NCBI GenBank assembly: GCA_964485815.1
Contig: CAZAJX010000002.1
Location: forward strand, 3,659 to 67,658
Length of the DNA: 64,000 nucleotides
Source of the DNA: an uncultured Oscillospiraceae bacterium
GTDB lineage: Bacteria; Bacillota; Clostridia; Oscillospirales; CAG-382
Direction: 5' to 3'
The translations under genes and the position numbers were made by a program. Shown piece by piece: positions 27,632 to 35,631 of the stretch. Below the pieces are notes generated by a model that did not search any database, was not told the origin of the DNA, and saw nothing but the letters and a program-made list of their open reading frames with translations. How positions within the stretch are numbered: position 1 is the stretch's first letter; each line of letters opens with the position of its first letter.

Positions 27632-28906
27632 TTATTCGCAAACGATATACTGTTCTCTGCCAGCACCGACAGAAACATAACCGATGCGGCAACCGGAGAG
27701 TTTTTCTATTTCACGAACATATGCCTGAGCGGCTTCGGGAAGCTCATCAAATTTGCGGCATTCGCTGATATCGCATCCCCATCCCTGATAATATTCATAT
27801 ACGGGCTCAGCTTTATCAAGTGCTTCGCCCACGGGGAAATCGTAAACAAGCTCGCCATCTACCTTATATGCAACGCAAACGGGAATCTGATCAAAGCAAG
27901 AGAGCACGTCCATCTTGGTAAGAGCGAGCACGTCTGCGCCCTGCATTCTTACGCCGTAACGGGAAGCAACAGCGTCAAAGCCGCCGACACGTCTGGGGCG
28001 TCCGGTAGCGGCGCCGTATTCTCCGCCCGCTTCACGAAGCTTGTGAGCCTCTTCACCGAACATTTCGCAGGTAAAGGGACCTTCGCCTACGCAGGAAGAA
28101 TACGCCTTCATAATGCCTATAACGCAGTCGAGCTTAAGACCGGGCACGCCTGCACCGACGGGAGCATAGCCAGCGATGGTATTGGAGGAGGAGGTATAAG
28201 GATATATACCGAAATCGATATCACGGAGAGCGCCGAGCTGTGCTTCGAACATGATCTTCTTGCCCTGCTCATTTGCGTTGTGGAGATACAAGCCGGTATC
28301 GCAAATGTGAGGAAGCAAAGGAGTGCCGTATTCCTTGAGATAAGAAATGATATCCTCGCCCTTTACGGGAGTATCGCCGTAACCTAAAGCAACGGTAAGG
28401 TTTTTCCATTCAGCGATAGACTCTGCTTTGGAAACGATAGCGTCGATATTTCTGAGGTCGCCCATACGGAAAGCCTTTTTATAATATTTATCTGCGTAAA
28501 CGGGCGCTATACCGCGGCGGGTAGAGCCGAACTTCTTGTCTGCAAGACGTTCTTCCTCAAGACAGTCCATACGTACGTGGTACGGCATACAGATAACTGC
28601 ACGGTCGCTGATTTTAAGATTATCGGGAGTGATCTCGATACCGCCCTCACGAAGACGGCCGATCTCTTCGCAAAGATGCTTGATGTCGATAACCATTCCG
28701 TTGCCCATTACGTTAACGGTAGTGGTACGGAGAATTCCGGAAGGCAAAAGATTGAGTATAAATTTACCTCTTTCGTTAACAACGGTATGTCCTGCGTTGT
28801 TGCCGCCCTGATAACGAACGACTATATCATAGTCTTCGCTGAGAAGGTCAACCATTCTACCCTTTCCTTCGTCTCCCCAGTTGATACCTGCAATTGCTGT
28901 AAGCAT
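27632..28906 (-). CDS. purA: Adenylosuccinate synthase
   Basis: P-loop WGDEGKGRMVD, plus GGNNAGHTV and STRRGIAPVY. AGAGGTG SD before ATG 28906. The 51-codon N-terminal extension in the track ORF has no homology sense and was trimmed. Confidence 0.9.
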   Translation of the reverse strand: MLTAIAGINWGDEGKGRMVDLLSEDYDIVVRYQGGNNAGHTVVNERGKFILNLLPSGILRTTTVNVMGNGMVIDIKHLCEEIGRLREGGIEITPDNLKISDRAVICMPYHVRMDCLEEERLADKKFGSTRRGIAPVYADKYYKKAFRMGDLRNIDAIVSKAESIAEWKNLTVALGYGDTPVKGEDIISYLKEYGTPLLPHICDTGLYLHNANEQGKKIMFEAQLGALRDIDFGIYPYTSSSNTIAGYAPVGAGVPGLKLDCVIGIMKAYSSCVGEGPFTCEMFGEEAHKLREAGGEYGAATGRPRRVGGFDAVASRYGVRMQGADVLALTKMDVLSCFDQIPVCVAYKVDGELVYDFPVGEALDKAEPVYEYYQGWGCDISECRKFDELPEAAQAYVREIEKLSGCRIGYVSVGAGREQYIVCE

Positions 28907-28978
28907 AATAACACCTCTGAAAATATGATAAATTTTATTAACCTGATCAATAAGATGCACACAACACCTCAACTTTAG

Positions 28979-29007
28979 AGTATAACATAAATTATTACCA
29001 TTTTCAA
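28979..29007 (-). promoter_or_regulatory. Sigma-A type promoter of the purA-DUF1846-glnN unit
   Basis: Minus strand: TTGAAA (29007-29002), 17-nt spacer, TATACT (28984-28979), preceded by TGT. Confidence 0.45.
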
Positions 29008-29014
29008 CATATAT

Positions 29015-29042
29015 TTGACTTATTTTTTCTTTTATGTATAAT
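29015..29042 (+). promoter_or_regulatory. Divergent sigma-A type promoter
   Basis: TTGACT (29015-29020), 16-nt spacer, TATAAT (29037-29042). Confidence 0.4.
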
Positions 29043-29074
29043 AAATTCATATTAATCAAATGCGAGGTTATATT

Positions 29075-29530
29075 GTGAAACGTTCCGAACTTGCCGTAAA
29101 TCTGTTTTTAAACGGTGCAAACTGCTCACAAGCGGTTTTTGCATCCTTTGGCGATATAACGGGTATCGATCAAAAGACATCCTTCCGAATGGCATCATCC
29201 TTTGGTGGCGGTATCAGCAGACTGCGGGAAACCTGCGGAGCGTGCCTTGGAATGTGTCTTGCCGCAGGTACTATATTCGGTTATGATGATATCGGCGATC
29301 ACGGTGCAAAGGCGCGGCATTACGCTACGATACAAATGCTAGTAAAGCGGTTTGCCGAATTAAACGGAAGCTACACCTGCCGTGAGATATTGGGCGCACG
29401 GGGAAAATCCGTTTCCCCCGTTCCCGCAGAACGGACGGAAGAATATTACAGTAAAAGACGATGCTGTATCGACTGTATCCGCACTGCTGCCGATATTCTT
29501 GACGAATATATAAGCGAAAACAATATTTAA
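29075..29530 (+). CDS. C_GCAxxG_C_C family putative redox-active protein
   Basis: NGANCSQAV...ETCGACLG...C..C pattern. GCGAGG lies 7 nt before GTG 29075. The track start ATG 29060 lacks an SD. Confidence 0.7.
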   Translation: MKRSELAVNLFLNGANCSQAVFASFGDITGIDQKTSFRMASSFGGGISRLRETCGACLGMCLAAGTIFGYDDIGDHGAKARHYATIQMLVKRFAELNGSYTCREILGARGKSVSPVPAERTEEYYSKRRCCIDCIRTAADILDEYISENNI

Positions 29531-30318
29531 CTAATTTTCTCGATAACATCGAGCATATGGTTGGTTACACCTACCATATCTTCCCTTTCGCATATGCTGA
29601 AATGATAACGTAAATACAAATCAAACGTTTCGTCATCCATCGTGTCAACGATTTCGTCAAGAAGTCTTGTTAACATATCCGTACCGACGAAATGCAACCG
29701 TTTTGTATTGAAGCTTTGCATTAACTCATCAATCTCAAATTTGCGGTGCATTTGAAATACTTCTTCAGGTGTTGAGTACAGCTTGAAGGTATCCGGATCG
29801 ATCATACCTCTGTCCATTTCGTATTTCATCATGTTGCGTTTAAAGCAATACTGATATATTGTCATATCGGTATTACAATATGCTATAAAAATTTTGCCTT
29901 TACGCTTTGTTACACGTATGGCTTCCGAAAGAGCTTTTAACTGTTCTTCTACCGTGTATAGATGATACATCGGTCCCAGAAGCAGCGTAATATCATAGGT
30001 TTCGTCTTGAATATCTGAAAGATCAAGAGCATTCCCCTGCCGTACCGTGATTTTTTCTTCGGGTTGAGTCAGAGAGTTGAACACATCAATGTTGTGCTGT
30101 ATAAGCTCAATTGCATCAACAGTATATCCTCTTTGGGCAAAATAATGAGAGTACCTGCCCGTTGCGGCACCGATCTCCAGGATACGGGCGTTTTCAAACA
30201 GATATTTTTCAACGTACCTTACCGTCGTAAGGAATTCTATACTGCCGTGCCGTGAAGACAAGCGAAGATGCTCGTCTTTTGCATTGTAGTAATTGGTAAG
30301 CGATTCAAACGTATTCAT
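29527..30318 (-). CDS. Class I SAM-dependent methyltransferase
   Basis: Motif I ILEIGAATGRYSHYFAQRGYTVDAIE. GGAGG lies 5 nt before ATG 30318. The track start 30330 is a TTG inside the SD. Confidence 0.8.
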   Translation of the reverse strand: MNTFESLTNYYNAKDEHLRLSSRHGSIEFLTTVRYVEKYLFENARILEIGAATGRYSHYFAQRGYTVDAIELIQHNIDVFNSLTQPEEKITVRQGNALDLSDIQDETYDITLLLGPMYHLYTVEEQLKALSEAIRVTKRKGKIFIAYCNTDMTIYQYCFKRNMMKYEMDRGMIDPDTFKLYSTPEEVFQMHRKFEIDELMQSFNTKRLHFVGTDMLTRLLDEIVDTMDDETFDLYLRYHFSICEREDMVGVTNHMLDVIEKIS

Positions 30319-30330
30319 AAAGACCTCCAA

Positions 30331-30379
30331 AAAAGTAAAATAATAGCGGTGTAAGCATTTAACAAAAGCTTACACCGCT
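30331..30379 (-). terminator. Strong hairpin plus U-tract between the small ORF and the methyltransferase (terminator or attenuator)
   Basis: 12-bp perfect stem AGCGGTGTAAGC/GCTTACACCGCT (30345-30356/30368-30379). On the minus strand it is followed by ATTATTTTACTTTTTT, which runs into the methyltransferase SD. Confidence 0.7.
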
Positions 30380-30405
30380 GTTTTCATATCAGAAAATACA
30401 ATACA

Positions 30406-30516
30406 CTATTCCGAAAATGAGTACGACGATATAAGCACGGGCGGCTGCCAACGATCGGCGCCGTATACGTGCTGAACGGAATTATTTGCGCTAAACGTTA
30501 ATACGTTAACGAACAT
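30406..30516 (-). CDS. 36-codon small ORF (candidate leader peptide or micro-protein), not in the ORF track
   Basis: Hand translation: MFVNVLTFSANNSVQHVYGADRWQPPVLISSYSFSE, stop TAG. GAGGA lies 6 nt upstream. It has its own consensus promoter upstream and a hairpin downstream. Confidence 0.4.
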   Translation of the reverse strand: MFVNVLTFSANNSVQHVYGADRWQPPVLISSYSFSE

Positions 30517-30546
30517 AATAAATCCTCATTTCCGAAAATTTTGCAA

Positions 30547-30575
30547 AGTGTAACATAAAATTCTGATTTTGTCAA
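30547..30575 (-). promoter_or_regulatory. Sigma-A type promoter immediately after the citrate synthase stop
   Basis: Minus strand: TTGACA (30575-30570), 17-nt spacer, TACACT (30552-30547). Confidence 0.5.
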
Positions 30576-30579
30576 GAGA

Positions 30580-31905
30580 TTATCTTTCCGCAAGAGGAAC
30601 GTAGCTTTGTTCCTCGCAGGTGGTATGGTATGCGGGACGGATGATCTTACTTGCATTTATAAGCTCCTCCATACGGTGCGCGGACCAGCCCGCCATACGG
30701 GAGGTGGCAAATATGGGAATATACAGTTCTTTCGGCAAGCCGAGCATACTGTATGCGAACCCGCTATAGAAATCCACGTTTGTTACAACGCCCTTAAATA
30801 TTCGGCGTTTTTGTGAAATAAGATCGATGGCGTGCTTTTCAACGTTGCGATACAGCTTATAATCTTTGATCTTGCCTTTTTCTCGGGCGAGGGATTCTAC
30901 GCAGGAACGGAACACCTCCGCACGGGGATCTGCTTTGGAATATACTGCGTGGCCCACACCGTATATAAGACCGGTGCGGTCGAACACCTGCTTATCAAGC
31001 ATTTTGGAAAGATAACTGCGAATCTCATCCTCATCGTTCCAGTTTTCAACGTTTTTACGGATATTTTCAAACATTTCCATAACTTTGAGAGATGCACCGC
31101 CGTGCTTAGGTCCCTTGAGAGAACACAAGGATGAAGCCATCGCGGAATAGGTATCCGTACCCGTAGAAGTAACTACTCGTGTGGTAAAGGTGGAATTGTT
31201 ACCGCCGCCGTGTTCTGCGTGGAGCACCAACGCCGTATCCAGTACCTGCGCTTCCAAAGGAGTATACTGTTCATCGTTACGAAGCAACGCGAGAATATCC
31301 TCTGCTATGGAACGGTTGGGGTCCGTAATATGAATTATGAGGCTTTTTCCCCTTTTCTTGTAGTTATATGAATGGTATGAATATACCGCAAGCTGAGGAA
31401 ATACGGAGATGAGCTGTAAGCATTGACGCATTACGTTGGGCAAAGATATGTCCTCTTGCGCTTTATCGTAAGAATAAAGCGTGAGCACTTCTCTTGCAAG
31501 AGCGTTCATAATATCAGCAGTAGGAGCTTTAAGTACTACGTCCCGCACAAAGTTACGGGGTAAAACTCGGTATTCGCTTAAAATTTTCTTGAATTCCTTT
31601 AATTCATCTGCCGTAGGTTGCTTGCCCATAAGCAAAAGATATATTACCTCTTCAAAGCCGTAGCGCTTTTCGTTGGCAAATCCTGCAACCATATCCTTAA
31701 CGTCAATGCCGCGGTACAACAGACGGCCTTCGTTTTGTACGTCAGAAATCCCCGTAAGTCCAGTAAGAACGCCGACACCGTTTACATCTCTTAATCCGCG
31801 TTTTACGTCATACTTTTCGTATAAGGACAGCTCTGTGGTCGTATTGGAAACGCAGAGATCTGTATATCTGTTAACGATATTGTTTATTTCATTGTGATTG
31901 AGCAT
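30580..31905 (-). CDS. Citrate synthase
   Basis: HAEHGGGNNSTFTTRV and LKGPKHGGA active-site blocks, 441 aa. Confidence 0.9.
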   Translation of the reverse strand: MLNHNEINNIVNRYTDLCVSNTTTELSLYEKYDVKRGLRDVNGVGVLTGLTGISDVQNEGRLLYRGIDVKDMVAGFANEKRYGFEEVIYLLLMGKQPTADELKEFKKILSEYRVLPRNFVRDVVLKAPTADIMNALAREVLTLYSYDKAQEDISLPNVMRQCLQLISVFPQLAVYSYHSYNYKKRGKSLIIHITDPNRSIAEDILALLRNDEQYTPLEAQVLDTALVLHAEHGGGNNSTFTTRVVTSTGTDTYSAMASSLCSLKGPKHGGASLKVMEMFENIRKNVENWNDEDEIRSYLSKMLDKQVFDRTGLIYGVGHAVYSKADPRAEVFRSCVESLAREKGKIKDYKLYRNVEKHAIDLISQKRRIFKGVVTNVDFYSGFAYSMLGLPKELYIPIFATSRMAGWSAHRMEELINASKIIRPAYHTTCEEQSYVPLAER

Positions 31906-31908
31906 TAA

Positions 31909-34305
31909 TTACTCCTTTCTTTTTTTGCGTGCTATACGGGCTGAAACCACTGATGTGATCAATATTACCGACAATATTATTACTATCAACGGGATATTAA
32001 TACTTGTTTCGGGAATGAAATGAATTACAGCAACATCTGTGTTGACCTTTACTCTTTCGTTTACAGTCTGAAGCCTGATGTCAAAGGTATCTTTCTCTTC
32101 CTCGAAGAAGTTATAATCATCATAAAGGGGTGAATAAGTGGTTTGATGCATTTGACCGTTCTCACCGAAGGTGATAAGGCGTATATATCCCTCTCCGTCA
32201 AGAGAACAGCCGTTTGCGGTATGAGTGGGAGCATTTCCCGTTTCCGCATACTGGTAATCGGAAAGTATTTCCCACACGTATCGTCCGTTACCAAGATCAC
32301 GCTGAACGCGGCAAGCACCGTGAACGTGTCCGCACAGGACAGCGACAACGTTTTTATTGGGAACAATAATATTTTCCATAATTTCTGCCGCACGGGAGTG
32401 GTTATAAGCGTTTACATCCTGAAGATTGCTTACGTATTTTCCTGTAACGTCAAGGTAAGAATGCGTACATACAATAACCGATCTTTCGGGATAAGCCTTA
32501 CAGACAGCGTTTGCCCAAGCGACGGTGCGCTCGTTTGCCTCAATACCGTTGCTGAGGTATAAAAACAGATAATCCGTGCCGGAAATGGTTATAAGGTCAT
32601 AGTGGCAGGAGTTATTATCAAGGCTTCCGCCGTACCAATTATTATTAAAAAAACGTCCCTTTCCAAAATAACGGTTAAAATACGAAAGGTCTGCAGGTGT
32701 GTTATAAGTATCGTGGTTACCTGCGAGAACGCCGTTGGGCATATTTGCGTTATCAAGAATTTCGTGAACCTTATCTGCAAATTTCCATTCAGACTGCGCT
32801 TTGTCTGCGGGAACGTAGGTATCGACGATATCACCGGTATGTATAAGATATCCAGCTTTACCGTTCTTATAAAGATCGACACTGTAGTTGAGTATCAGTT
32901 CATAAACGTGGTTAAGATCATCAAAATTGGAATAATACTGGGTATCGGTTATCCATACCACGGTATCGGAAGCGGAAACGTAAATATCGGGCTTTACGGT
33001 TATGATCACTTCCCATTCCGCGCCGATAAAACGATCGCCTTCAACTGCAAATTCAGTTTTGACACCGTTTTGCGCAGTGCCGAGCAGTTCGTAGCAATCG
33101 TTTCGCCAATCGTAGGCAAAAACAGCAACCCTGCCCTTTTCCGTGGTACCGCCCTGATATTCAAACACAAAGCCTTTGGATGTGCCGATATAAAAGCGAT
33201 ACTCTTCACCGTTTCCGGTTATGCTCACAATTCCGTCCTTGGATTCCATATCCTCAGTTATAACGCTGTCCTTACGGTCACACATAACGAATTCAGTGCA
33301 AACGGTAGTAGTGTTTCCGTATGCATCGGTAGCGGTAAGAGTAAGGAGATGTCTGCCTTCGGAAACCCAGACGAGAGAACGTCCCGAATGATAAAATTCG
33401 CCGTCAATATCAGCATTTATTTTGGCTTCGCCGGAAGAATCGGTTGCCGAAAACTCCAATACAGAATCTTTGAAAATAACAGTTCCGAATTCAAATTCAA
33501 AATCTATAGAAGGTCCTGTGTTATCGGTAAAAAACTTAATTTCTTTTACCGTTTTTCCGTCCGAGAGAACGGATAAAGTATGTTCTCCGTCTTCGAGAGA
33601 AGCAGTATCGAACACGGCGACAGAGCCGGTTTCTTCTTCGATAGTATTCAAAAGCTCTTCAAATACAAAAGAAATATAAATGGGTGTAGTAGGAGTACTG
33701 CCGCCGAGATTGGTTTCGGCATTCCATCCGTCGCCAATAACGTAAGTTTTTGCAGGATCATAGCTTTCGGTAACAACAGTAACTTCGTTTGTACCCTCAA
33801 CGGGATAATAGAGATTGACGAATGAAGGCAAAACGGGCTTTCCGTTGGGGAGTATTACAGAAATCTTCGAAAGCGTCTGGTCATCAAGATTATAAGTGCC
33901 GTAAACAGGTATATCGGGATAAGAAAATCCATCGGATGCCGCGATATATGTAATAACAGCGTCGCCATCATTGAGTATTTCATCATCAAAAACCATCGTA
34001 AACGAACCGGAGGTTGAAGGAAGCTGTGTAAGAGTTTTATCTCCATAATATACGTTTCCTCCGCCGTAATCGAGTCCAACGGAATTAAAGGAAAAATACG
34101 GCTTGCCTATCCCTGCACCTACAGAAACTCCGTCGATATTTATCTGAATATTATCCATTCCGTGTGCCATAAATTCGAACTCGCCGGAAACGGTGTCGCC
34201 TTCGTTGACATTTACATAAATATCGTTATCCGCGTGAACTGTAATTACCGCGCAGGACAAAACGATGAAAACGGCAAGTATAAAAGAAAAAATTGATCTT
34301 CTCAC
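31909..34305 (-). CDS. Surface-anchored calcineurin-like metallophosphoesterase with N-terminal Ig-like region
   Basis: Metallophosphoesterase blocks GDIVD, GNHD and CGHVHG. It has a signal peptide and a C-terminal hydrophobic helix plus RIARKKRKE. GTG 34305 (SD AAAGGA) abuts the upstream stop and is preferred over the track start 34353. Confidence 0.8.
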   Translation of the reverse strand: MRRSIFSFILAVFIVLSCAVITVHADNDIYVNVNEGDTVSGEFEFMAHGMDNIQINIDGVSVGAGIGKPYFSFNSVGLDYGGGNVYYGDKTLTQLPSTSGSFTMVFDDEILNDGDAVITYIAASDGFSYPDIPVYGTYNLDDQTLSKISVILPNGKPVLPSFVNLYYPVEGTNEVTVVTESYDPAKTYVIGDGWNAETNLGGSTPTTPIYISFVFEELLNTIEEETGSVAVFDTASLEDGEHTLSVLSDGKTVKEIKFFTDNTGPSIDFEFEFGTVIFKDSVLEFSATDSSGEAKINADIDGEFYHSGRSLVWVSEGRHLLTLTATDAYGNTTTVCTEFVMCDRKDSVITEDMESKDGIVSITGNGEEYRFYIGTSKGFVFEYQGGTTEKGRVAVFAYDWRNDCYELLGTAQNGVKTEFAVEGDRFIGAEWEVIITVKPDIYVSASDTVVWITDTQYYSNFDDLNHVYELILNYSVDLYKNGKAGYLIHTGDIVDTYVPADKAQSEWKFADKVHEILDNANMPNGVLAGNHDTYNTPADLSYFNRYFGKGRFFNNNWYGGSLDNNSCHYDLITISGTDYLFLYLSNGIEANERTVAWANAVCKAYPERSVIVCTHSYLDVTGKYVSNLQDVNAYNHSRAAEIMENIIVPNKNVVAVLCGHVHGACRVQRDLGNGRYVWEILSDYQYAETGNAPTHTANGCSLDGEGYIRLITFGENGQMHQTTYSPLYDDYNFFEEEKDTFDIRLQTVNERVKVNTDVAVIHFIPETSINIPLIVIILSVILITSVVSARIARKKRKE

Positions 34306-34306
34306 G

Positions 34307-35353
34307 TTATTTTTCCTTTCTTCCGAAGAAATTATATACAAGAGAATGAACACCGCTTACAACAAGTAAAGCAAAAAAGTTCAAAGCACGTGTAACGATC
34401 ATAGCGGGAATATACAATCTGGGGCCGAAAATACCGCTGTAAAGAATGGTAAACACGTTTTCTGCCACACCTGCCGAGCCGGGAATCGGTACTGATTCCG
34501 AAGAAACCGCCAGAACCGACTGCACGGCAACAATATACACAAAGCTTTCGTGCCGTAAACCGAAAGCATGGTACGTAAAATAAACGATTGAAAAATTGAT
34601 AATTCGTTTTACGATACATATAAACAATACAGCCAACACCGTAAAAGGAGCAGACCGCATTATCTTTGATGCGGAAATGTAATCCTCGGCACTTTTAACG
34701 GATTTTTCAACGGCGGTTTCTTTTATATGCAAAAACTTAAAACGGGAAAGAAAACGGACAACACCGGGGATAAGACGCCGTGCAAAAGATGGAGCGAATA
34801 AAGTGAGAGCAAACAAACCCACAATGCACAAATTGACGATCGCACCGTAAATAAACAAGGTGATAAACAGTGCAGAGCCTGTATTCAGTAAAACAGGAAA
34901 CACGCATACCGCCGCGGTTGCAACTATAACTACGGCTATGCGGTTACACATAGAGTAGATGGCAAGAATATTGCAGGATGAGGCTGTATCGATGCCGTCT
35001 TTATACATAGAATAACCCGCCGCAGGAAGGCCGGCAAGCTGTGCGGGAGAGATATTCGAATACAAAAGGTCGGTACCCGCATATCCGGAAGCGGAAAAGA
35101 ATGAGATTTTTCGTCCCAATAGTTTAAAAAGTATTTTGAAGCAGCCTGCTTCGCAATAAAGCTGAAGGAAGACCATAGCTACTCCGCAAAATACGAAGAG
35201 AGGATCGATATTTCGTATAGTGGACAAAACCTCGACCGCATCATATTGCACTGCAATATAAACAGCGACACCAATAATGATGACAGCTATTACCGTAATG
35301 TAAAAAGCGGTAAGCTTTGAGGACGGTTTTTTCTGTTGGCAATCCTTCATCAT
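34307..35353 (-). CDS. Polytopic membrane protein, lysylphosphatidylglycerol-synthase TM-region-like (UPF0104/flippase-like)
   Basis: 348 aa with ~8 TM segments. The N-terminal pattern resembles the UPF0104 family as I remember it. No catalytic domain is attached. Confidence 0.55.
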   Translation of the reverse strand: MMKDCQQKKPSSKLTAFYITVIAVIIIGVAVYIAVQYDAVEVLSTIRNIDPLFVFCGVAMVFLQLYCEAGCFKILFKLLGRKISFFSASGYAGTDLLYSNISPAQLAGLPAAGYSMYKDGIDTASSCNILAIYSMCNRIAVVIVATAAVCVFPVLLNTGSALFITLFIYGAIVNLCIVGLFALTLFAPSFARRLIPGVVRFLSRFKFLHIKETAVEKSVKSAEDYISASKIMRSAPFTVLAVLFICIVKRIINFSIVYFTYHAFGLRHESFVYIVAVQSVLAVSSESVPIPGSAGVAENVFTILYSGIFGPRLYIPAMIVTRALNFFALLVVSGVHSLVYNFFGRKEK

Positions 35354-35425
35354 ATGCTCCTTAATTATTTTTCACCTTATTATACCACAAAACCCAATTC
35401 AAGTAAACAATTTTTAATTAAAGTC

Positions 35426-35454
35426 TTTACAAATTGAAAATAATTTGTTAAAAT
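35426..35454 (+). promoter_or_regulatory. Sigma-A type promoter
   Basis: TTTACA (35426-35431), 17-nt spacer, TAAAAT (35449-35454), preceded by TGT. Confidence 0.45.
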
Positions 35455-35459
35455 TACAC

Positions 35460-35585
35460 CATAAATTTATAAAACAGCAAGCGGCGAAAGCCGTTGCCTG
35501 CAAGGTTTGCCCCAAAAGAACTTGCAGTCATTAAATTGCAAGACTTTTATCGTCGTTCCAAAAGGCGATACAGGTCTATTTTTAT
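35460..35585 (+). promoter_or_regulatory. Structured 5' leader with intrinsic terminator (candidate riboswitch/attenuator)
   Basis: GNRA hairpin at 35477-35497. A 7-bp stem at 35498-35504/35521-35527 closes a 16-nt loop. The terminator stem is 35541-35552/35566-35577 followed by ATTTTTAT. An alternative pairing 35521-35526/35537-35542 overlaps the terminator. Confidence 0.5.
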
Positions 35586-35631
35586 GTTTAAAAAAGGAGA
35601 CGTGATTGTTTTGGCATTTTTTTTGGAAAAC

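Noticed and set aside
28907-29059. N-terminal 51-codon extension of purA, and a possible purine riboswitch in the purA and guaB leaders (also 44265-44417)
   Set aside because: The extension precedes the conserved P-loop start and contains the promoter. An AGAGGTG SD precedes ATG 28906. I could not recognise the purine-riboswitch three-way junction with its conserved loop nucleotides in either leader by eye. This is not proof of absence, and cmscan would settle it.
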